In this document: piece by piece, positions 54,675-64,000 of the stretch
Layout of the letters: every line of letters starts with the position of its first letter
Numbering within the stretch: the stretch's first letter is position 1
Assembly: GCF_037042905.1 (NCBI RefSeq)
Contig: NC_087251.1
Location: forward strand, 33,234,001 to 33,298,000
Direction of reading: 5' to 3'
Length of the DNA: 64,000 nucleotides
Origin: Lytechinus pictus
Taxonomy: Eukaryota
Notes under the pieces: model-generated
Databases searched by the model: none
The model's input: the letters and a program-made list of their open reading frames with translations, nothing else
Told to the model about the DNA's origin: nothing
Position numbers and translations under genes: made by a program

Positions 54675-55755
54675 TGGAAGGCTCTTTCTTGGTCTCCTCC
54701 CCACTTCAGGTTTGGATCTGCTTTGTTCTGGTCTCCCCGCTTCTTTGGCACTGAAGCATACTCTGCCTTCAACAGCGTTATTAGTGGGGCGATCTCTTTG
54801 GTCAAATTTGGTATAAACTTCCGATAGTAGCCCAGAAGTCCTAGGTATGCCTGTAGTTGACTCTGGTTCTGTGGTCTTGGAGTCTTCTTTATGGCTTCTA
54901 TCTTGTCCGGGAGTGGGCTAACTCCATGTTGATCCAGCTTGTGGCCAAGGAACTCCACCGAGTCCATCATGAACTCACACTTTTCCCTTTTCAGTCGAAG
55001 TCCATTACTCTCTAGGCAATGCAGTACAGCTTGCAAGTTGGCAATGTGTTCTTCATCTGTCTTCCCGCTAACTATAATATCATCTAGGTACGGGCGACAC
55101 ATTGGTATGTCAGCTAAGAGTGACTCCATTGCTCTTTGGAAGAGCGCAGGGGCTGTGGCTATACCAAAGGGTAACCTAGTGTACTGAAAAAGTCCTCTGT
55201 GTGTATTTACTGTGGTGTACTTCCTTGCTTGTTCATCAAGTTCTATCTGGTGGTATGCATGTGAAAGGTCCAGCTTGCTGAACTGTTGACCTCCACCTAA
55301 GTCCTGGAGCATATCCTGGAGCGACGGAATTGGGTACCGTTCCACCCTTAGAACTTTATTTGCTGTCAACTTATAGTTGCCACATATGCGGACTTTACCA
55401 TTTGGTTTCTTCACCACTACGATAGGACATGCGTAATCAGCAAACTTCACCGGCTCAATCACGCCTTGGTCCTGTAGCTCATCGATGGCTTCGTCAATTT
55501 TCTGGCGCATTGCATATGGGACTGGTGCAGCTTTGTAGAACCTGGCTTTATCTCCATCATCTTGAGGATGCACCTTTGCCTGGTAGCCTTCAAGTTTACC
55601 AACTTTTGAACAGTCAAACACTTGCTTGTGCTTCACTAACATGTCTTGTAAGGTAGCTTGTATCTTATGCACGGTTTCTGGATTGTTGGAAACATGTGTT
55701 TGAAGGTTGAGGCGATTCTGTAGGAATCTGTAGATTCCTTCTGGTGCGGCTTTGC
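54675..55755 (-). pseudogene. Gypsy reverse transcriptase
   Basis: ORF 54575..55792: PIVVVKK, RICGNYK, FSKLDL, RLPFG, YLDD, FLGH. Confidence 0.96.
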
Positions 55756-56372
55756 ATCCAGTCTCGGCCCAGTAACGCAACACCTTTCTCAACTACAAGA
55801 AGTGTCAACTTCTTTGGTGGTTGGCTGGCATCAAACTTGACTTCTACCATTGCCTCACCAATGATTGGTACTGATGACTCTGTGTATGTTTTCAAGGAAA
55901 CATTTGTTTGCTTCACATCAGCTCGATGTCCCAGTTTATGGAAATCCTGCTGCGACATCATCGTCCAGGGGCTTCCTGTGTCTATTTCTAAGTTAACTTG
56001 GATCCCATTTAGGCTTAGACTAGTCTGGAACGGTTCACTGTACTTTGCCATCTTATTTACCATTCCACCCCTAAGGTGTCTGAGTTCTCCACCAGGCATG
56101 TTTTCTGTCAGTTCTGCACCTTCCTCACCATTCAAGTGGTTTGCAGATTTCTTTCTAGATCTGTATTGCTTGATCTTCTCACACTGGCTGCGGGTGTGAC
56201 CCACTTGAGAACACTGATAGCATTTCTCATCCTTAAATCTACATGCTGACTGGCCATGATCACCTGAACCACATCTCCAACATCTTGAGGCAGGCTTTTC
56301 CTGTTTCTTTTGGCTTTTCCTGCACTTCCTGCTTCTGTCTTTGATGTGTATTTTTACGCGATGAGGACACAA
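55750..56372 (-). pseudogene. Gypsy nucleocapsid (2x CCHC) and aspartic protease
   Basis: CWRCGSGDHGQSAC, CYQCSQVGHTRSQC, LEIDTGS, LLGRDW; frameshifted relative to both gag and RT. Confidence 0.93.
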
Positions 56373-56961
56373 ATGGTTTACGCTGGCTTCTGCCCTGCAT
56401 CTTCTGAACTGTAGGTGACTGGGTCCCTTTACTCAATACCTTAAGCTTTTCAACATCTCTGTCTGCTACCTCCATAGCTGTGGCGGTCTGAAGTGCATGT
56501 TGTAAGGTTAGGGATGACTCACTTAACAGCTTGCGTTGAATTGCGATATCCCGGCAACCCACTACTAAGCGGTCCCTAATCATGTTATCTAATTCTTTGA
56601 AATTACAGCCTTCGCTTAATTGGCGCAAATTTGCCACAAATTGCGGTATGGACTCATCTTGCTTTTGCACACAAGTGTAAAACCTATAGCGCTGAACAAT
56701 TTCGGTAGGCTTTGGTACGAAGTGTGACGTAAGCGTGTTTTTGCATACTGTGTATGTTTGATCTATTGGTTTACTCGGCTGCAAGAGAGCTCTGAGAATG
56801 TGATAGCTCTTGCTACCAAGATTGGTCAGAAATATCGCCCTTCTTTTCCCATCTTCCTGTATATTGTTAGCATCAAACCATGCTTCTAGGAGTTCAAGCC
56901 ATTCGTCAAAATTGTACCCATCACTCAGTTTGGGCACACTACCTATATGTTGGCTTGCCAT
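56260..56961 (-). pseudogene. Gypsy gag capsid region
   Basis: 233-aa ORF with Q..DESI..FVA.LR.L...C.F...IRDRLVVG gag motif. Confidence 0.9.
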
Positions 56962-58575
56962 AATTTTGTTTCATATGTTGTAAAAAATCCAGCTGTTAAC
57001 TTGATTGTGACTACACAATAGGTAGCTGTAACACCAAGTATATCTAGACTTATTGATCATAAAATATGATTTTGATCTTGCTATTGCGCGTAAGCAAAGC
57101 TTATTTTCTTAGTACATAATGCCTACAAAGCATTAATGTATACCTGAAACAAAGCTAGAACGACATATATAGTCCAACGATTGACAATACTATATCACTA
57201 CACACAACTGGTATATGTGGGACTACTCCCGTGTCGTGGGGCTGCAGTTATTCAATTGCATAGCAAATATAGGCACTGGGTCCTGGTCCTAATTGCTAAG
57301 TCTTAGACTATAATCGATCAACACTTTGGGCCTAAGTTAGTCCTACAACTGATTAGACCTAGTCCTGTTTTCTTAGACTTGGACCTTGTTTGGTCCTATA
57401 ACTCAGAGACCCGGTCCTACTTTAGACCTGCTTATAAGATTATACCTGGTCCTGCTTTTTAGACCTGGAACTTCTTGTTGGTCCTAAATTTCATAGGCCT
57501 GGTCCTACTTGCATAGTCTTAGACCAGTAACTGGACCAAAATATGACTACGGCATAAACTCAGCTTAAGTTTATTGTTATTTACTGTATAAACCTCAGAC
57601 CTCAATTCAGTCTTGGACTTGGTCCTGTTGGTTCTAGACCTAGATCTATAATTGCTATTTTAATGACCTAAATCTAAATACTACCTAATTGAACCAGTGT
57701 AACAACTCACCAGGGCATGTACGGTACTTTGTTACATTAAACCAGATCTATGTTTCGACTAATTCTTTAGTCCAACACGTTGCAATTACAACCATATAAT
57801 GTATTTTTGGACCTGGACTAATTTGTCTTAATCTTACCTTTAGTCTTAGATTAAGCTACAGTTCATAATGAATAAACGCTGTGTTTATAATTATTCATAA
57901 TAAGTCCATCAAAAAGTCTTAAAGTCTTTGATGTTTTGTTTCTGTTTCATTCATTACATATGCAGCTTGGCTTGATTTTGTATTGAGTCTTCTTGGCACG
58001 ACAACTTTGTCCTGGCTTGCAGACTCAAAACTTGCTTGGCTGGACTTGACTAATGAATGCAACACCGTCTGGGCTGAAACGGGCAAAAGAGGTCTCGGCT
58101 GGGTCCTCGGCTTGGTCCTTGGGCTCTGTTGGCTGTTGCTAATTGCTGCTGGGCCTGGGCTGGGCTGCTTTGGAGACTTCTGGCTTGAAGTTGGCTCCAA
58201 TTTGCTATGACTATGTCAATAGTCAAATGTAGAATCTAACAAGTAACATCTAGGGCTATGCATAATTTACAGCAATTGTCAATGTTATGCATATGCTATG
58301 GGCTGTAGACACTACATAACTCGGTCTCAATATAGGCTGGCATGAGCGGTGTGAGGCTTCTGCAAAGCGTCCATTTCAACAAGCCACATTCATCCGCCAT
58401 CCAAATTACGGCTAGGCTGCGATTGTCTAATCACACTATGCTTGCTTGCACTGCAGTGTATCAATGACAATGACAATGTCCATGACAATATCCGCGGCCA
58501 ATTTCCAAAAGCTATCCGGAATGCATGTCACTAACTGGAAAACAAGTCCAATCTATACTCTCATTTTTATCCCTG

Positions 58576-58589
58576 CATCCTCGTCGCCA
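58576..58589 (-). promoter_or_regulatory. Primer-binding site, complementary to a tRNA-Ser(GCU)-type 3' end
   Basis: tggcgacgaggatg 3 nt inside the 5' LTR; matches the recalled ...CAUCCUCGUCGCCA end of metazoan tRNA-Ser(GCU). Confidence 0.8.
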
Positions 58590-58592
58590 AAT

Positions 58593-58763
58593 TGTTATGT
58601 TCTTGTGTTGTGGTTCTTAAAGGGATACATAATAATGAGATAATAGCACAGCGATGTAGAGTAGTGTCTGCCATTTAATGTTACGCCATCTTGCTGTCTC
58701 TCGCGCATGCGTACAAGGCTGCACATGAAGCTTGCGTCGTTAGTCTTCAGTTCATACATCACA
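58593..58763 (-). repeat. 5' LTR (171 bp)
   Basis: TG...CA, direct repeat of 48629-48799. Confidence 0.95.
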
Positions 58764-59457
58764 GCAAAGAATACAAAATAAATGCTAATGAGGCACCCCC
58801 TTTCTTACACCAAACTGTTGTATCCTTTAAAAAAAATTCTTCTGATGATTTAAATGGAATAGCATATATCATTTTAAAAATGGAAGGTCCGGGAAATCAT
58901 TTTGGATAAAATTAATGTCAGGGAATCCAGGTTCCGTTTGTTCTGAGACTCACTGTTTATTGTTTACATTATAATACTGGGATATCAACTGACAAAGATT
59001 CAAGGGTGATGTGGAGTATGGAACAACATACATGAAATAGTGTATTTAAAAAAAAATGTATTTCCAGCAACACAAAAGGGAATACTACCTGGATGTACTG
59101 ATTATTTTTCTACAAGGTTTCAGAATCACTTTACAGTTTTTATAAAAAGCAATTATGAATGACTTTATAAGTACTAATTTCAAATTTATATTTGGTTGTT
59201 GTAAATGTATTTTGGAAAAATCATGCGTGAGTAACTTTGTAATAGTCTTCCCATTTCTTAAATTTACACTGAAATTGTAATACTGAAATGTGCTTGTCAT
59301 TAGGTGATCTTTGAAGGTTTGCATGGTAGTACAGGTAATGTGGGAGAGGTTAACGGTTCACCATGTGATTAGTCCTGAAAAGGCCTGTTGGATGGTAATT
59401 TGATAGAAATGAACATTGAAAACGCTCATTATTGTTATTGTTTTGCTTTCTATTCAG

Positions 59458-59552
59458 CTCTATTTGTGTTGCTTTTCTTCCTGACTACACCGTCTGTCAT
59501 TATGACCACTCTGGATAGTACAAACTACAAAGATGCTATAGCTGAGGCAAAG
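59458..59552 (+). CDS. TMEM63: TMEM63 coding exon 13 (ALFVLLFFLTTPSVIMTTLD...AEAK)
   Basis: tattcag acceptor, gtagat donor, FFLTTP motif; phase 1 join with exon 12 across the TE-filled intron. Confidence 0.93.
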
Positions 59553-60443
59553 GTAGATATTCAAATTTACTTTAAATTTCATTTCAATTTATTTGTTAAT
59601 GATAAGCATTAGATACATATTTATACAACTCATACAAAGATTCATTTGATTGGTTTAAAGCCATTTAATATTTGGTCCATTTTGTGCTGCATGCAAATTT
59701 TTTAATTTTATTTTACCATTGCACGGTTGAACTCTCTCCCTTAGTGTGTACCACTAAGCATGTGTGTGTATGTACATTTTGTATGTGTGTGTGTTTGCGC
59801 ACATCGAAGTTAGCACATCAACAAGGCTGACTGCGCTCTCAGATTCATGAATTAAAGCGCGTCCCAAAAGAACGAAAACATTTAACTGCTTTCATACACG
59901 GGGAAAATAATCATGTTTTCAGAGAAAATGAAATACACAGGGAAAAATAATCATGTTTTCAGAGAAAATGAAATGTCAGACAAAGGCAAAATATATTTGA
60001 ATTCCATCTGCTTTTGTATTTTTTCTTCTATATTGTCAAATAACACAATCTATAAGTCTATGAGTCGTTGTATAAACCAAATGATGCATGTTTTCATTCG
60101 TCCATTATGCGACCTATCCACTCTCGTTGAGGCTGTGTTTGCACCATTGCACTCAGCCTAACAGCTTTGTGCAATGGATTGAACAGAGCCTCAACTCGCA
60201 TAAGGATAGATCGCTTAATGAACTCATGTGCATGCATCATTTGTATAACATATTTCCTCCACTGGCTTATTGTGGACATGTACTATGTACATATGGAATA
60301 AAAAACAGTACCATAAACTGAATACCAGTTCACTAGTGTTTGTGATGTTAGTTGACCTGCCAAACTTTCTTTGTAATAATTCTCAATCTTAACCTATTCT
60401 CAAGCAAGTTTATTACTAGCAATCTTTTTTTCTTTGACAACAG

Positions 60444-60640
60444 TCTCCATTCTTGTCTCAATTCTTGCCGACCCTCCTTCTGTGGACGTTCGCTGCCCTC
60501 CTGCCTCTGCTAGTAGTCTACTCCAGCTACTACTTTGAGTTCCATTGGACACGTACTAAACTCAACCATACAATCATGAGGAAAACATTCATCTTTCTCC
60601 TCCTCATGATCCTTATACTGCCCTCTCTTGGTCTTGCCAG
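60444..60640 (+). CDS. TMEM63: TMEM63 coding exon 14 (SPFLSQFLPTLLLW...HWTRT...LPSLGLA)
   Basis: ORF 60453..60644; caacag acceptor, gtaatg donor. Confidence 0.95.
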
Positions 60641-60855
60641 GTAATGCTTTTCTATCTGACTTTACTTTGTGTGTAAATGTGAGTGTAATTTGATTAAATA
60701 TTTGATGGATGGCTTGTTCACAGGCTGAGAAATTGGAAGTAAATACTAATGACAGATAATTTCAAAAGAATATGCCTCGCTCCAATCCAGAGCATAATGC
60801 ATTATTATGAGTAATCATGAAATTGATGTTCTTTTCTTGTTATCATTTGTCTCAG

Positions 60856-60915
60856 TGCTCAGGCTCTGTTTGAATACAGTCTGAAGAGTGTGGCTGAGAT
60901 CAAAATGAGATGGGG
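60856..60915 (+). CDS. TMEM63: TMEM63 coding exon 15 (SAQALFEYSLKSVAEIKMRWG)
   Basis: tctcag acceptor, gtaagt donor, phase 2-2. Confidence 0.88.
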
Positions 60916-61695
60916 GTAAGTTGCACATGTTATTCCTAAAGCTGTTACGCATGAATTCACAAATGAACTTTAAGGTGCTAAATCAGACTCTCAGGCCCGT
61001 ATTCTGAACTCAGGTTTAAATTAAACCCTGGTTTAAAGAATATGGGCCTCTGTGTTCTTAATTTCCATCAACTAAAATTGAAACCAGCATTCAATGTAGA
61101 GTTTCTTACTTTCATAATACCAAAATGCAACATTTTATAAAGTGCTTGATACTAACAAGATATGTGGAGCAGTTGGACTGTTTCTAAGGTGTCAAGTGTG
61201 TAATCAAATGACTGAGCAAAATGATGTGTATTATACACATCTTAAAATAGTGATAAGGATCCTTGTTATTTGAAGACCATTCTCTGAAAATAATGGCCTT
61301 TTAATTGAACTAATCAATACTACCAGTCATTAGCAAATTTTCATGTTCGCTAAAATAACAGACTGGTCACATGATATATTTCAGCCTATCATTTGATTAG
61401 GATCCAAATCACCATTTGATAAAAGTAACGTTAGAATCGGCTAAACATGAAAATACGGAAAACTAAGAACAATCCAAAACATCTTTATAAAACGACTTTG
61501 TTCTACTTTGATTGCTATGATAATGACAATATATTTCTTGCTGAGTTAAAAATTAATGATGAATAGAATGATGCGTTTGCTTGTGAACTATCTGAAGATG
61601 AATTTGCATGGAAGATGGATTGACAAATGAATCATTTCAAAGTCACATTTTTCCTTCAACATGTGGTCCTCTTTTTTTTTATTCACAACCCTTAG

Positions 61696-61858
61696 ATGCA
61701 TATTTCTTCCTGAGAATGGAGCCTTCTTTGTAAATTTCATCATCACGTCGGCCTTCATCGGCACCGCCCTCGAACTTATCCGCTTCCCAGAACTCTTCTA
61801 CTATGGCATCAACATGCTGTGGACACGGTCCGAGGCAGAAAAGAGTACAAAACGAAGT
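61696..61858 (+). CDS. TMEM63: TMEM63 coding exon 16 ([31 protein letters not shown]...KRS)
   Basis: ORF 61661..61909; cttag acceptor, gtgagt donor; pore-region motif. Confidence 0.95.
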
Positions 61859-62137
61859 GTGAGTTTGTTACTGGTCAAAAAATATCAGAATTCTAGTGAT
61901 AAAATATGAGAAAAGCTATGTTTGGTAGATATATAAGTGATTTGATTATAGCAAATTGTCTCTCAAAACTCACTAATTTCAGCAGATGTGTAGTAATTAG
62001 CTTAATTGGATGAGCCTTGCTTATGAATGATTTATCAGAAATATGGGGCAATATAAATGCTGTGGATCATCATCAAAAGATTGAATATTTCCTATTTCTA
62101 ACCTTAGATACACAAAACCTGTAGAGGGGCTAAATGA

Positions 62138-62335
62138 ACGGTGACACAACATTTGCTCCTGCGACAAGTGCTGTGGGAATTATTTCATCAAAGAAGTAGG
62201 GTTAGGGTTGCAATAGGGTTTTATGTTAGGTTTAGGGTAGGGTATAGTGTTAAATCCCAGGCTGAAGTTAGTCATTTGGTGAATGTGTCGAGTTTATAGT
62301 GGAACAATTGTCGCCAGAGCAATTGTCATTGGACC
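62138..62335. mobile_element. Short element with ggttag-rich core, possibly Helentron-associated
   Basis: Inverted acatttgctcctgcgacaa / ttgtcgccagagcaattgt around degenerate gggtta repeats. Confidence 0.4.
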
Positions 62336-62509
62336 AAATAAACTACATTTTCCATTAAATGGTACCATTATATAATACCAAACAATTTTTTATCAGAGTT
62401 TGATGGAAAGTCTTTGTACAAAATGAAATCGGTTGTAGTTGCAATATATCGAACACTACTATTCACATCATGAATGCGAGTAATTTCATGTTGTATTTTG
62501 TCTTTGCAG

Positions 62510-62615
62510 AGAGTGGCGTATGAGTTTCAATATGGAGTCCAGTATGCCTGGATCCTAACAACTTTTACTGTTGTACTGGTATACAGTATAACATGCCCTC
62601 TTATTGCCCCATTTG
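62510..62615 (+). CDS. TMEM63: TMEM63 coding exon 17 (RVAYEFQYGVQYAW...YSITCPLIAPFG)
   Basis: tctttgcag acceptor, gtaagt donor; strongly conserved TMEM63 segment. Confidence 0.95.
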
Positions 62616-63206
62616 GTAAGTTGTATAACAGATTTCTAATTAAACATAAAATGTCTGCCAGTTCTAGCTGAATTGATGATGAAGTGTTTATGAAAATTAA
62701 TAAAATAATTCTATCCCTTTTTGTTTTGCATTTAGCTGAATTGCAATCTGGTCTGATTCAAACTTGTTCGATGATCATTTGGGTACCATTTCACTTTGTT
62801 CTATTAAATTTGTTCATGGCTATTATTTCTGAAATTCATTTGGTCAATTAGCCATGTACACCTATTTATCATCTCATTGATTTTCACTATGGCTAATCTC
62901 ATTTAGTCCGATACCCACTTAATCCAAGAGGTATTGTCCAATACCTCTTAATCTTAATGAGTGCATGACCTAATAATTGACAACATAGTCATGAGAGGAA
63001 ATAGGTAGTACCAGGTAGGTAGAATTGGCCATTAGAAGATTGTTATCATCAGACAAAATAATAATAATCAGCCCAAGTGATACTAGAACAAATGGCTATT
63101 GACTAAAGTGATAGTACACCAAATTGAAGTTCTCGTAGTGATGTTAGATAATTGTGGTATTATACCTACTGATAACACCCCAAGTGGCTATAAACTGTTT
63201 TATCTG

Positions 63207-63680
63207 GTATGGTCGGGGGTCCTAAAGCTACGCACCACTCCATTGCGCATGCAATTTCAGTGGCAAAATAAATGCGCACTCTAGCTCTGTGTGTGGAACT
63301 GTGACTGCAGAGTGACGAACGATTCCTATTCAATTTTTCTACAGAGGCTGCAATAAATCATTGAATGCAGAGAAAACCAACAAATGTTTGGAATTTTAGA
63401 GTTATATTCACTTTAATTTCATATTTTCCTATAATAATATGGACATATTTTAGAAATTGAGACACAGGAAATACTATTTCTTTGCATGATAAATCGAGTG
63501 CGTAGCTTTAGGACCCCTTCTACATTGGGCGGCGAAATCAAGAGGTGTTCGGAAAACACTGCAGGATTTTGGTATTAGTGAGTTTTGTGATATTATCTTC
63601 TTGGTTAAGAATCTTTAGAATATTTATTACAAATTAGTGAAAGATAATTTGTTCAAATATTAAAATTGGCATAGTTTTTA
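63207..63680 (-). mobile_element. Truncated inverted copy of the 3240-3770 MITE
   Basis: Long reverse-complement match, e.g. ctctgtgtgtggaactgtgactgcagagtgacgaacgattcctattcaa. Confidence 0.85.
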
Positions 63681-64000
63681 TCATAATAACGATATGGAGG
63701 TAATATTTTCAGATTTTTGTAGTTTGCCGTGATTGATCACTTTTAAAACTTATAGGTGAATCATTTATGATGTGAGTTTGAACACATTTACTTGTACATT
63801 TGATTGACATTGATGTATTTTTTTTAAATCAGATTGTTGAATGCTTATTCTTATTTTAAAAATGTGAGAAAATCACACTCCCTTGACTGGGATTTGAACC
63901 TGGGAACCTGGATTGCATGACAAATGATCTATGATTATTTGAAATCCTACCAATTATGATACCATATATCATATCATATTATTATTCTTAAAAGTCTATG

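Larger units (their letters stand above)
48629..58763 (-). mobile_element. Full-length, mutated Ty3/gypsy LTR retrotransposon, Mag-clade-like (about 7.1 kb native + 3.0-kb insertion)
   Basis: TG...CA LTRs, 5-bp TSD gcaaa (48624-28, 58764-68), PBS, PPT, gag-PR-RT-RH-IN order, two CCHC knuckles. Confidence 0.97.
48390..58955. mobile_element. Degenerate Tc1/mariner-type MITE (about 430 bp net) split by the gypsy insertion
   Basis: ta|cagtgcatcctaggaaaaac at left; gtttgttctgagactcactg at right; TIR match is imperfect and the right TA is not intact. Confidence 0.45.
18071..62615 (+). other. TMEM63: TMEM63/CSC1/OSCA-family mechanosensitive cation channel gene, 17 coding exons in window, 3' end beyond window
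   Basis: Hand-spliced exons join in frame with GT-AG boundaries and give family motifs: [111 protein letters not shown]. Confidence 0.95.

Noticed and set aside
49688..56199. Plus-strand ORFs overlapping pol (49688, 50357, 50410, 54939, 55429, 55744)
   Set aside because: Antisense shadows of the retrotransposon coding sequence
55745..56372. Programmed ribosomal frameshifts in gag-pol
   Set aside because: Several shifts fall at non-canonical positions and come with other clear lesions; no convincing slippery site identified
62195..62245. Interstitial telomeric repeat
   Set aside because: Only a few degenerate ttaggg units inside a short inverted-repeat element

Overview
AT-rich eukaryotic (metazoan) genomic DNA. 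The repeat content suggests an invertebrate deuterostome such as a sea urchin, but that is inference. The window holds one spliced protein-coding gene on the + strand: a TMEM63/CSC1/OSCA-family mechano/osmo-sensitive channel. I reconstructed 17 coding exons by hand (18071-62615; all GT-AG, phases consistent; 1852 nt, about 617 codons), and the gene continues past the window end. The introns and upstream region are dense with transposon relics. The most striking structure is a nested stack in the 11-kb intron 12. A degenerate Tc1/mariner-type MITE is split by a full-length but mutated Mag-type Ty3/gypsy LTR retrotransposon (48629-58763, minus strand, apparently identical 171-bp LTRs, GCAAA TSD, tRNA-Ser PBS, PPT). 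Its pol gene is interrupted by a 3.0-kb non-autonomous DNA transposon with TAGT...ACTA ends, a 3-bp TSD and very long modular inverted arms (Academ-like). The whole core of that transposon is a heavily decayed RTE-clade LINE remnant that appears to have been carried in as cargo. Other features: a foldback-type repeat element, hAT-, piggyBac-, Tc2/pogo- and Kolobok-like non-autonomous elements, tRNA-derived SINEs, CR1-like fragments, and frequent TACATGTA palindromes. No CRISPR array, rRNA or true tRNA gene was seen. Superfamily names come from recalled TSD and terminus signatures, not from database searches.
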